Shown: piece after piece, positions 18,199 to 27,141 of the stretch
Numbering within the stretch: position 1 is the first letter of the stretch
Layout: each line of letters opens with the position of its first letter
Source of the DNA: Halarcobacter sp.
GTDB lineage: Bacteria > Campylobacterota > Campylobacteria > Campylobacterales > Arcobacteraceae
DNA length: 64,000 bases
Assembly (NCBI GenBank): GCA_048571215.1
Contig: CP182352.1
Coordinates: 608,001-672,000 of the forward strand
Reading direction: 5' to 3'
Translations under genes and position numbers: made by a program
The notes under the pieces: generated by a model
What the model was told of the DNA's origin: nothing
The model's input: only the letters and a program-made list of their open reading frames with translations
Database searches by the model: none

Positions 18199-19194
18199 AT
18201 GACTTTAGATATAAAAAGCGTTGATATAAAACCTAAAAGATTGACTTTTGGTCATGTTGCTAGAAGAATTGGAGAAGATAAAGCTGCAACAAGATACGAA
18301 GAGGCAACTTATGATTTACAATCAGTTACAAACTTTCATTATAGACCTACATATAATCCAAAGTATGAATTATATGATGAAAGAAAAACTGCAATTAAAA
18401 TGAGTGATTGGTATAAGTTTTTAGACCCAAGACAATACTACTACTCAAATTATGTGATGACTAGGGCAAAACAACAAGAAGTAGCTGAGCAAAATTTTGT
18501 TTTTATTGAAAAAAGAGATCTTCTTGCTGTTATGCCTCAAGATGTAAAAGAGCAAATATTAACTTGTGTTTTACCTTTACGTCATTATGAGTGGGGAGCA
18601 AATATGAATAATCTTCAGCTTGTATCAGAATCATATGGTGCAGCATATGCTAGTGCAGCAATGTTTCATGCAGAAGATAGACTAGGAAATGCTCAATATA
18701 TAACTAGAATCGGATTATTAATTGGTGAAAATGAAACAGAGTTTTTAGATAAGTCAAAAGAGATTTGGCTAAATGATGCATCTTGGCAACCACTTAGAAA
18801 AGCTATGGAAGATAGTTTTGTGTTAGAAGATTGGTTTGAGTTACATATGGCTCAAAATGTGATTATGGATGGTTTCTTACACCCATTATTTTTTAATGTA
18901 TTTGAACAAGAGTTAAATGCAAAAGGTGGTTCTGCACAAGGAATGATGACTGAGTTTATTACAACTTGGTTTGAGGAATCAAGTAAATGGATAGATAAAA
19001 CTGTAAGTGTAGCTAGTAGTGAATCTTCTGAAAACTGTGAGATTTTAACTAGTTGGGCAGCAAGATATATTGATATCATGGAAGAAGCAACTCTTTCTTT
19101 AGCAAAAAATTTAGTATCAGACCCAGAAGCTGTTGTAAATGAAATAAAAGAAAATCTAATTGACCGTTTAAATAAAAACGGTTTAAATCTATAG
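18199..19194 (+). CDS. dmpL: Phenol hydroxylase beta subunit P1 (start re-set to MTLDIK)
   Basis: TRYEEATYDLQ, NFHYRP, DPRQYYY; AGGAG RBS before 18199. Confidence 0.92.
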   Translation: MTLDIKSVDIKPKRLTFGHVARRIGEDKAATRYEEATYDLQSVTNFHYRPTYNPKYELYDERKTAIKMSDWYKFLDPRQYYYSNYVMTRAKQQEVAEQNFVFIEKRDLLAVMPQDVKEQILTCVLPLRHYEWGANMNNLQLVSESYGAAYASAAMFHAEDRLGNAQYITRIGLLIGENETEFLDKSKEIWLNDASWQPLRKAMEDSFVLEDWFELHMAQNVIMDGFLHPLFFNVFEQELNAKGGSAQGMMTEFITTWFEESSKWIDKTVSVASSESSENCEILTSWAARYIDIMEEATLSLAKNLVSDPEAVVNEIKENLIDRLNKNGLNL

Positions 19195-19202
19195 GAGATG
19201 TT

Positions 19203-19478
19203 ATGGCTGATAATAATGTAATGTTAATTCTTCAAAGTGTTGAAGAAGCAAGACCAATGGTAGAGGCGATTTTAAAAGATAATACAGCAGCTACAGTTCA
19301 AAATGAACCTGCAATGATAAAAATAACTTGCCCAAATAAGTTAGTAGTTAAAGCTGATACTATGGAAGAGCTTATTGGTAGAGAGTGGGATCCACAAGAG
19401 TTACAGTTAGTGTTAATCTCTCTTGCGGGTAATGTTGATGAAGATTATGATCATTTTACAATCTATTGGGATAACTAG
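19203..19478 (+). CDS. dmpM: Phenol hydroxylase regulatory/coupling protein P2
   Basis: MmoB/DmpM-like GREWD...LISLAGNVDED. Confidence 0.92.
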   Translation: MADNNVMLILQSVEEARPMVEAILKDNTAATVQNEPAMIKITCPNKLVVKADTMEELIGREWDPQELQLVLISLAGNVDEDYDHFTIYWDN

Positions 19479-19487
19479 GAGAAACTT

Positions 19488-21008
19488 ATGACAATGAATA
19501 CAAAAAACAGAAAAAAACGTTTAAATATGAAAGAGAAGTATCACCATATGACAAGACTTGGATGGGATACAACATATCAAGATATGGATAAGGTTTTCCC
19601 TTATGATAAATTTGAGGGTATAAAGATACATGATTGGGAAGCTTGGGAAGATCCATTTAGAATGACAATGGATGCTTACTGGAAATATCAAGGGGAAAAA
19701 GATAAAAAGCTTTATGCGATTATTGATGCTTTTGCACAAAATAATGGACAAAAAAACATTACAGATGCAAGATATGTATCAGCATTAAAACTGTTTTTAA
19801 CAGGTGTTTCTCCTTTGGAATATCAAGCACATAGAGGTTTTGCTCATGTGGCAAGAAACTTTAGAGGTGATGGTCCAAGAGTTGCTTGTCAAATGCAAGC
19901 AATAGATGAGTTAAGACATGTACAAACACAAATTCATACTTTAAGTCATTATAATAAACACTTTAATGGATTCTCTGAATGGTCTCATTGGCATGATAGA
20001 GTATGGTACCTTTCAGTTCCAAAATCGTTTTTTGATGATGCAAGAACAGCTGGACCTTTTGAGTTTATGATTGCAATTGGTTTTTCATTTGAATATGTTC
20101 TAACAAATCTATTATTTGTACCATTTATGAGTGGTGCTGCATATAATGGAGATATGGCGACAGTAACATTTGGATTCTCAGCACAAAGTGATGAGGCTAG
20201 ACATATGACATTAGGTTTACAAGCTATTAAGTTCATGTTAGAACAAGACCCAGATAATGTTCCTATTGTTCAAAAATGGATTGATAAATGGACATGGAGA
20301 GGATATAAGGTTTTAGGACTTGTATCTATGATGATGGATTATATGTTACCTGAATCTCCTCAATCTTGGAAAGAAGCTTGGGAATTATATTTTGAAGAAA
20401 ATACAGTTTCTTTATTTAAAGATTTAGAAAGATATGGAATAACAATTCCAAAATGTGCTGGAACAGTTGCAGCAGAAAAAGAGCATCTATCTCATCAAAT
20501 TTGGATGACATTTTATACTCATGGGGCAGCTGCACCTTTTCATACTTGGATTCCAGATGAGAAAAAGATGGATTGGTTGAGTGAAAAATATCCAAACACT
20601 TTTGATAAATATTATAGACCAGTGTATGAACATTGGGATAAATTAGAAAAACAGGGAAAAAGATATTACTCTGAGATGCTTCCTCAACTTTGTCAAACTT
20701 GTCAAATTCCAATGTTATATACAGAAGTTGAAAAAGGTGAACCAACTCAAATCGCCCATAGACATACGATGTATAATGGGGAAAGATTCCATTTCTGTTC
20801 AGATCATTGTAAAGAGATTTTTGAAGATGAACCAGAAAAATTTACTCACTCTTGGATGCCTGTTCAACAAATTTTCCAAGGAAATTGTGGTGGAGCAACA
20901 CTTCCAGAAGTATTAGATTGGTATAAAGTAAAATTTGGTGTAGATAACTGTGACTACAAAGGCTCAGAAGATGAAGCTACTTGGAAAAAGTGGCATGGAC
21001 AAGCATAA
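19488..21008 (+). CDS. dmpN: Phenol hydroxylase diiron alpha subunit P3
   Basis: DELRH and DEARH diiron motifs, WEDPFR, YHS-like C-terminus. Confidence 0.96.
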   Translation: MTMNTKNRKKRLNMKEKYHHMTRLGWDTTYQDMDKVFPYDKFEGIKIHDWEAWEDPFRMTMDAYWKYQGEKDKKLYAIIDAFAQNNGQKNITDARYVSALKLFLTGVSPLEYQAHRGFAHVARNFRGDGPRVACQMQAIDELRHVQTQIHTLSHYNKHFNGFSEWSHWHDRVWYLSVPKSFFDDARTAGPFEFMIAIGFSFEYVLTNLLFVPFMSGAAYNGDMATVTFGFSAQSDEARHMTLGLQAIKFMLEQDPDNVPIVQKWIDKWTWRGYKVLGLVSMMMDYMLPESPQSWKEAWELYFEENTVSLFKDLERYGITIPKCAGTVAAEKEHLSHQIWMTFYTHGAAAPFHTWIPDEKKMDWLSEKYPNTFDKYYRPVYEHWDKLEKQGKRYYSEMLPQLCQTCQIPMLYTEVEKGEPTQIAHRHTMYNGERFHFCSDHCKEIFEDEPEKFTHSWMPVQQIFQGNCGGATLPEVLDWYKVKFGVDNCDYKGSEDEATWKKWHGQA

Positions 21009-21017
21009 GGAGATAAA

Positions 21018-21380
21018 ATGGCTGTTAAATCAATAGGTAAATATGAAGCAAATATGATGGATAGAGTTGAGAACTTTCATGGTAATCAACTGGTTTTTAT
21101 TGGTTGGGATAAACATAGAATGATAAATTCAGCTATGGGTTTTCCTTTACCACCACAAATGCCATTTTCAGCACTTTTAAGTGATGTGATGCCAATGTGT
21201 TATAAAGACCATCCAGATTTTGAAAAAGTTGTTTGGGATGATTCTGTTATTTGGAATCTAAATGGTGAATCTTTTTCTCCTGATGTAAATAAATCATTGG
21301 AAGAAAATGGAATCGACCACAAATCTATTTTAAGATTTGAAACACCAAATCTTACAGGATTAAATGGCGTAGGGATGTAA
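21018..21380 (+). CDS. dmpO: Phenol hydroxylase gamma subunit P4
   Basis: ENFHGNQL, GWDKH, HPDF, GIDHKSILRF. Confidence 0.92.
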   Translation: MAVKSIGKYEANMMDRVENFHGNQLVFIGWDKHRMINSAMGFPLPPQMPFSALLSDVMPMCYKDHPDFEKVVWDDSVIWNLNGESFSPDVNKSLEENGIDHKSILRFETPNLTGLNGVGM

Positions 21381-21381
21381 G

Positions 21382-22440
21382 ATGAGTTATACAGTTGAGA
21401 TTGAACCAACAGGTGATGTAATAGAGGTTCAAGAGGGACAAACAATTCTTGATGCGGCATTAAGACAAGGGGTATATCTACCCCATGCCTGCAATCATGG
21501 CTTGTGTGGAACTTGTAAAATCGAACTTCTTGAAGGGGAAGTTGACCATGGAGATGCTTCACCATTTGCTTTGATGGATATGGAAAAAGATGAAGGAAAA
21601 TGTTTGGCATGTACTTCAAAACCTAAAGAGGATTGTGCAGTTGAAGCTGATATTGATGAGGATGCAGATGCAAGAAGTATCCCTGTAGAAGATTTTGAAG
21701 CAACAGTTGTAGAAATAAAAGATTTAACCCCAAGAATTAAGGGGATAGTTTTAGAACTTGATAAAAATATTGATTTTCAAGCTGGACAATATGTACAATA
21801 TTATGTTCCAGATTTTGAAGAACCTAGAGCTTTTTCAATTGCAAGTTCTCCTAAAAGTGGAAAAACTATAGAGTTAAATATATCTTTGATACCTGATGGT
21901 GAAGTTACACCTTGGATACATAATAATACAAAAGTTGGAGACAAAACAAAAGTCTCTGGTCCTTTTGGAAGATTTTTTGTAAAAGAATCAGCTCAAAAAC
22001 CTATGGTATTTTTTGCTGGAGGTTCTGGTTTATCAAGTCCAAAGTCTATGATTGAAGATCTACTTGAAAGAGGATGTACCTTGCCTATAACACTTTTTCA
22101 CGGAGCTAGAAATCAAGATGAGCTTTATTATGCAGATTTATTTAGAAACTTAGAAAAAGAGTATGAAAATTTTAGATATATACCTGCATTATCGGGAGAT
22201 AATTTAGTTGAATGGGACGGTGAAACTGGTTATTTAAATGATGTGGCAGTTAAAACCTATGATAATAACTTCTCAGGTCATAAAGCATATTTATGTGGAC
22301 CACCTGCAATGTTAGATGTATGTATTACTGCACTTATGAGGGGAAGGTTATATGAAAGGGATATTCATATAGAAAAATTCTTTTCTAAAGCAGATTTAGA
22401 TGCAAAAAACCAAAAAAGTCCACTTTTTAAATCTTTATAA
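21382..22440 (+). CDS. dmpP: Phenol hydroxylase reductase P5
   Basis: 2Fe-2S CNHGLCGTC, RAFSIAS, GGSGLS, YLCGPP. Confidence 0.95.
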   Translation: MSYTVEIEPTGDVIEVQEGQTILDAALRQGVYLPHACNHGLCGTCKIELLEGEVDHGDASPFALMDMEKDEGKCLACTSKPKEDCAVEADIDEDADARSIPVEDFEATVVEIKDLTPRIKGIVLELDKNIDFQAGQYVQYYVPDFEEPRAFSIASSPKSGKTIELNISLIPDGEVTPWIHNNTKVGDKTKVSGPFGRFFVKESAQKPMVFFAGGSGLSSPKSMIEDLLERGCTLPITLFHGARNQDELYYADLFRNLEKEYENFRYIPALSGDNLVEWDGETGYLNDVAVKTYDNNFSGHKAYLCGPPAMLDVCITALMRGRLYERDIHIEKFFSKADLDAKNQKSPLFKSL

Positions 22441-22483
22441 ACTAGTACTTATGTATAATAAGTGCTAGTTCTTATTTTAAATA

Positions 22484-22516
22484 CGCGAAATATTCGCGAC
22501 TAAAATTCACTATAAT
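22484..22516 (+). promoter_or_regulatory. GCGA-box promoter 3 (tauE-like gene)
   Basis: CGCGAAATATTCGCGA-N11-TATAAT. Confidence 0.8.
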
Positions 22517-22540
22517 TATAAAAAAATTAAAGGTTTTATT

Positions 22541-23344
22541 ATGTTAGATATGCAAACAATAATATATTTTTTACTATTAGGTTCTTTTGTTGGAGTGGTA
22601 TCAGGACTTTTTGGAATAGGTGGGGGTGGGATTATAGTTCCTATTTTAACTACGATTTTTTTATCCCACGGAATTGATGAGAGAAATGTTGTACATATGG
22701 CACTAGGTACCTCAATGGCCATTATAATAATAACATCAATTTCAAGTATAAGAGCCCAACAAAAGAAAAAAGCAATAGTGTGGAATATTGTAAAAATGAT
22801 GGTTCCAGGTATATTAATAGGTACATTTTTAGCTACTTTTATAGCGTCAAAATTAGATTCATTTTATCTATCAATAATATTTAGTATTTTTATGTTTTTC
22901 ACCTCAATTAATATGTTTATAGGCAAAAAGCCAAAAGCAGAATCAAAAGTTTTTTCAAATAAAACACATTTTTTTTCAGGGGGACTTATAGGTGGATTAT
23001 CCTCTTTAGTATCTATTGGTGGAGGGATATTAAGTGTCCCATATCTACTTGTGCAAAATGTAGATATAAAAAAAGCAATAGCAACATCATCAGCAATAGG
23101 TTTCCCAATAGCACTATCTGGAACCTTGGGTTATATAGTAAATGGTTGGAGCAATACTTCAATAGATACACTAACAATAGGATATGTAAACCTAGCAGCC
23201 TTTGCTTGTGTAGCAGTAGCCAGTTTCACCACAGCTCCAATTGGAGTTATGTTAGTACATAAAATAAATGTGAATATAATGAAAAAATTGTTTTCAGTAT
23301 TGCCTTTTATTTTGAGCATTAAGATGATTTATTCTTTGGTGTAA
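22541..23344 (+). CDS. TauE/SafE (TSUP) family membrane transporter
   Basis: GLFGIGGGGIIVP and SIGGG repeats, multiple TMs. Confidence 0.88.
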   Translation: MLDMQTIIYFLLLGSFVGVVSGLFGIGGGGIIVPILTTIFLSHGIDERNVVHMALGTSMAIIIITSISSIRAQQKKKAIVWNIVKMMVPGILIGTFLATFIASKLDSFYLSIIFSIFMFFTSINMFIGKKPKAESKVFSNKTHFFSGGLIGGLSSLVSIGGGILSVPYLLVQNVDIKKAIATSSAIGFPIALSGTLGYIVNGWSNTSIDTLTIGYVNLAAFACVAVASFTTAPIGVMLVHKINVNIMKKLFSVLPFILSIKMIYSLV

Positions 23345-23826
23345 CGTTTAAAATGAGCCGATGAATTACCCGCAGGGTAATTTATTGGCTCCACTGAGAC
23401 TGTGAAAGAACTCAATCTCAATTTATATAAATATTCTACATAAAAACACCTAAAAATAATCATCCTAAAAATACTAAAATGTTATAATATATTATATTTT
23501 AAAGGTGATTTATGGGTATATATAAACAAGGATTAGATAGAAATCAACAGTTACTTTTTCCACCAAGTTTGGATGAACTAGTTGATGAAAATAATATAGT
23601 AAGAGCAATTGATTCTTATGTAGAAATATTAAATATTCATAAGCTAAATATAAAAACTAAAAAATCATTAATAACAGATGGTCAACCTGCATTTCATCCT
23701 AAATTACTATTAAAAATATATATTTATGGATATTTAAATAAGATAAGAAGCTCAAGAAAACTAGAACAAGAGATTAAAAGAAATATAGAACTAATGTGGT
23801 TAACACAAGGATTAACTCCATCTTAT

Positions 23827-23867
23827 CTTGTGAAGCGAAGCGGTGCTTTAGCATCACTCTCTTTGAG
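23827..23867. repeat. 41-bp micro-insertion, copy 1
   Basis: CTTGTGAAGCGAAGCGGTGCTTTAGCATCACTCTCTTTGAG splits PSY|KTIANF. Confidence 0.85.
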
Positions 23868-24002
23868 AAAACAATAGCTAACTTTAAACAAATGTATAGA
23901 TGGGAACATGAAACTATTATCGATGACTATACTACTAAAATGAATACAAAAAAAGCAAGAGATATAGTTAGAAAAAGAGGTTCAATAGTAGAACATCCAT
24001 TT

Positions 24003-24030
24003 TGCAAGTGTGGATTCCGTTTCACTCCAT
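24003..24030. repeat. 28-bp micro-insertion
   Basis: TGCAAGTGTGGATTCCGTTTCACTCCAT splits EHPF|GTIKR. Confidence 0.75.
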
Positions 24031-24165
24031 GGTACAATTAAAAGAACTTTAGGTTGGGATTATTTTTTAGTAAGAGGAAGCAAAGGTATTCGGTGAGAGA
24101 ATGTTCTTATCATGTTTATATATAATTTTAGAAGACTTTTAAACCTTATAGGAATAAGTTTGTTT

Positions 24166-24206
24166 CTTGTGAAGTGAAACGGTGCTTTAGCATCACTCTC
24201 TTTGAG
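24166..24206. repeat. 41-bp micro-insertion, copy 2 (39/41 identical)
   Basis: CTTGTGAAGTGAAACGGTGCTTTAGCATCACTCTCTTTGAG splits GISLF|KKLC. Confidence 0.85.
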
Positions 24207-24406
24207 AAAAAGTTATGTATAACAATAAAAAACAAAGATTTAATCCAAATTACCAAAGATATAGAGGAATATATCTTAGTGTTTGGACTTTATTTGGTTT
24301 ATTTTTTACAAAAATTTTTATATCTAAAAAATTTAAGAAGAAATATCAGATATTTAGGAAGTTAATTTGGATTTTTACTGTAAATTTAGTTTATTTGGAA
24401 CTAAAT

Positions 24407-24775
24407 TCACAGTCTGTCTGATTTGTTATCCAGTTTACTTAGCATATCATTGATAGCTTTTTCAAATTCATCAAAATCTTCATCTAAAGTATCCCATAAA
24501 ACTTTGTCATCAACTCCAAAATAATGATGAGTTAAAACATCTCTCATTTTGGCTATTTCACTCCATGGGATTTCAGGGTATTCTTCTGTCAGCTCTTTTG
24601 GTATATTTTTTACAGCTTCTCCTATATTTTCAAATGCTTTTGCGACAGCATAAACTTTTTCAAGATTTTCCGTAAATTCATCGTATGTTATATTTTCAAC
24701 AAATTTTTTAATATTTTTACACTCATTAGATATATCTTCAATATAGAGTTTGTAATCTCTATTGCTTTTAAACAT
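24407..24775 (-). CDS. HEPN (DUF86/HepT-like) RNase toxin
   Basis: [20 protein letters not shown], matching R-x4-H-x-Y. Confidence 0.9.
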   Translation of the reverse strand: MFKSNRDYKLYIEDISNECKNIKKFVENITYDEFTENLEKVYAVAKAFENIGEAVKNIPKELTEEYPEIPWSEIAKMRDVLTHHYFGVDDKVLWDTLDEDFDEFEKAINDMLSKLDNKSDRL

Positions 24776-25064
24776 AGCTAATATCCTTTTGAATATAGCT
24801 TTTTACTTGTGGTTTTAATGTTTCATCTCTTACCAAGTCGATTTTTTTGTGAAAAAAATCTTCAAGTTGCTTAGTTAGTTTTAGATATTTAAATATTGAG
24901 AGTTTTTTATCTTTTTCAATTTTATATAAAATATCTATATCACTATTATCATTTGCCTCATCTCTCGCAAAGGAACCAAATAATCCTATAAATTGCACTC
25001 CAAATTGGTTATGATAATATTCTTGATTTGATTTTAAATAGTTTAAGATATCTTGTTTGTGCAT
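24768..25064 (-). CDS. Minimal nucleotidyltransferase antitoxin (MntA-like)
   Basis: [19 protein letters not shown]. Confidence 0.9.
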   Translation of the reverse strand: MHKQDILNYLKSNQEYYHNQFGVQFIGLFGSFARDEANDNSDIDILYKIEKDKKLSIFKYLKLTKQLEDFFHKKIDLVRDETLKPQVKSYIQKDISYV

Positions 25065-26047
25065 TATTCTATCTCCTCATCTTCATCAAATGGTATAAAA
25101 TGTTTTTTACAATACTCTTTAATCTCTGAATCATTGTTAAAATATTTATCACAAAAACTACTTAGCTCATTTTCTACAGATTGGTAGTTTCTTTCATCTA
25201 TAGTTAACATTCTCTCAGTCAGCTCTATAAAATTTTCATATTTGTCATTTACTTTACACAATTTATCTATAGTTTTAAAATCCAACTCTTTAAATTTTGA
25301 TTGAAATAGTATTTCACTTTCATAAGGATTTGACTTAAGCTCAATTATACCTATTCCAAAAGATTCATTAAGTCTTTGCATCTCATCTTTGAGATTGTCA
25401 TTAATTTCTAATGCAACCAAATACCCGTAATTTGCCCAACTTGAATTTGATACAGCTTGAAAATAATACTTTTTAAGTTCATAATCGGTATTAATCTCTT
25501 TTTTGATCTCATAAGAAGTTAGTTTAAAAGTATCTGACTTATTAAGTATTTTCATAAATGCTTTATTGACTTTTGAAGTTAAATTCAAAAACTCTATCCC
25601 AATCATATCAGGATGTATCCACTTTTGATGGTCATCTTTTGAATTTTTTGATTCCTCATGTAAAATTGTTTTTGTATATATCTTTTTATTTTTAAGATAG
25701 CTACTAAGTAGTTTATGTAAATTTCTTTCACTATAAGTTTGTTTTTTCTTAAGTTGCTTTGGCTCTGGCTTTTCTGTAATTTCAGAAGCAATTTCATTGA
25801 TATTTAAATCTTGTTCAAATTTTGACAAATAGTATAAATAAAAATTACCATCACCTTTTATTCTTTTTACTCTTGTGTCATTTTTTCTAATAAAATCACC
25901 TAATTGAGCAGATATTGTATCTTTAGGCGTTCTTGCATCTCTAAAGTCATAATATTTTTGGCTAATGATATGTTCATATATATCATTATGAGTTAAAAGT
26001 TTATGTAAATCTTCAAGGCTTTTAAGTATTGCTTCTTTTATTGTCAT
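25064..26047 (-). CDS. HrgA/COG2958-like protein (N-terminal HTH + PD-(D/E)xK nuclease-like domain)
   Basis: TPKDTISAQL HTH, WIHPDMIG, SYEIKK, YFQAVSNSSWANYGYLV. Confidence 0.8.
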   Translation of the reverse strand: MTIKEAILKSLEDLHKLLTHNDIYEHIISQKYYDFRDARTPKDTISAQLGDFIRKNDTRVKRIKGDGNFYLYYLSKFEQDLNINEIASEITEKPEPKQLKKKQTYSERNLHKLLSSYLKNKKIYTKTILHEESKNSKDDHQKWIHPDMIGIEFLNLTSKVNKAFMKILNKSDTFKLTSYEIKKEINTDYELKKYYFQAVSNSSWANYGYLVALEINDNLKDEMQRLNESFGIGIIELKSNPYESEILFQSKFKELDFKTIDKLCKVNDKYENFIELTERMLTIDERNYQSVENELSSFCDKYFNNDSEIKEYCKKHFIPFDEDEEIE

Positions 26048-26114
26048 ATCTTCTCTTTAAGTTTTAATAAATTATATCAGATTTAATTTCAGTAAATACT
26101 TTAGTGATATTTTT

Positions 26115-26184
26115 GGATAACGACTAAGCTCACCCGACAAAACCCGCACAGCGGTTTTTGGTCGGGTGGAGCGCCTGGTTAGCT
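26115..26184 (-). other. Integron attC site 1 (70 bp)
   Basis: AGCTAAC-CAGGCGCTC(C)ACCCGAC(C)AAAAACCGCTGTGCGGGTTTTGTCGGGTGAGCTTAGTC-GTTATCC; two extrahelical bases; HNH stop codon lies within TAAC. Confidence 0.92.
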
Positions 26185-26859
26185 GCCGTATTTTTGCAAG
26201 AATTCTTCATATGTAGAATATCTTTTGATGTTTTTGGATTTTTTGTTTTTCCCTAAAATTGTACTATCAATTCTCCGGTGCATGAAATTTACTAGCTTTT
26301 CAAATTGAGACAGAGCGATCATGTCCCACTTTGCGCCGAACTCCCTATTTATTGCGCCATATATAATGGTGTATTTCATTTTTTCTTTGCCGACGTCTGC
26401 TGTCTTGAATTCGTGATAGCGATCTATAAGGCGCTTAATGTAATTCCGATGATTTGCGCTGGATGCTATAGAACCAACTGGCGCGTTAACTTTAACCGAT
26501 TTCTTTTGTGTTTTTATTTCTACCCTGTTCGCTACTACCCCATTGTTTACAGAAGAGTCAAAGCTAATGACGTTTCCAAGTTGTGATTGATTTGGGAGTG
26601 CGGAATTAACTCCTTTGATTAGCGAAATCTTTTTGCGCAATACTTCTATTTCTGATATTTCACCCGCGGTGACCTTGGCGTGGCAGTTACTACAAAGAAG
26701 AATTAAATTATCTTCTTTATGCTCTTGGATTTCTGAATAAGGTTGGATGTGGTGTAACTCAAATGTTGTTACATCAGTTTCGCCACAAAATGGGCAAGCC
26801 ATCCCAGCTTCTTGGTATATCTTTTTCTTTATTTTTTCTGGAATTGCCTTTCTGCCCAT
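26179..26859 (-). CDS. HNH endonuclease-domain protein carried as an integron gene cassette
   Basis: CPFC..ELHHI..NLILLCSNCH; visibly richer in GC/CpG than neighbours; cassette starts TTAGCTGC, complementary to GCAGCTAAC. Confidence 0.88.
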   Translation of the reverse strand: MGRKAIPEKIKKKIYQEAGMACPFCGETDVTTFELHHIQPYSEIQEHKEDNLILLCSNCHAKVTAGEISEIEVLRKKISLIKGVNSALPNQSQLGNVISFDSSVNNGVVANRVEIKTQKKSVKVNAPVGSIASSANHRNYIKRLIDRYHEFKTADVGKEKMKYTIIYGAINREFGAKWDMIALSQFEKLVNFMHRRIDSTILGKNKKSKNIKRYSTYEEFLQKYGS

Positions 26860-27141
26860 GCTCTCAGTCCTTTTTGCAGCTAATTACTTATTAGTAATAC
26901 ATTATATATAAATAATATATAAAAACATCTAATATCATAACATTAAAAATGTAAAGATATTAACTCAAATAAGCTTTAAATAGTTAAAATTCAATAAAAT
27001 ATGAAATAATGTAAATAAATATGTACTTTTATATGTTAGATTATTAACGTATATCCGTAATATCTTATCATTTTGTATGACTATTGGGTGAAAATCTTGA
27101 TAGTTTAACAAAATGATAAATATATTATATTGTGATTGGCT

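Larger units (their letters stand above)
23512..24365 (+). pseudogene. IS1182 transposase pseudogene
   Basis: N-terminal domain fused to C-terminal DDE fragment, with frameshifts and three short insertions. Confidence 0.85.
23396..24417 (+). mobile_element. Internally deleted, decayed IS1182-family element
   Basis: TIRs AGACTGTGAA / TTCACAGTCT; transposase fragments PPSL..GQPAFHP..SSRKLE..LMWL..P-S-Y-KTIANF and VEHPF-GTIKR; 2-4 bp target duplication (CT to CTGA). Confidence 0.88.
23339..24431 (-). other. Integron attC site 2, split by IS1182 (halves 24418-24431 and 23339-23397)
   Basis: Rejoined minus strand: GGATAAC-AAATCAGTGGAGCCAATAAATTACCC-TGC-GGGTAATTCATCGGCTCATTTTAAAC-GTT; GGATAAC complements the cassette start GTTATCC. 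Confidence 0.8.

Noticed and set aside
23827..24206. 41-bp direct repeats as a CRISPR array
   Set aside because: Only two copies about 300 bp apart, the intervening DNA is transposase sequence, and there are no cas genes
26884..27140. intI gene or bona fide attI next to the first cassette
   Set aside because: No tyrosine recombinase ORF; TACTAATAAAGTAATT only loosely resembles attI sites and lacks the GTT core
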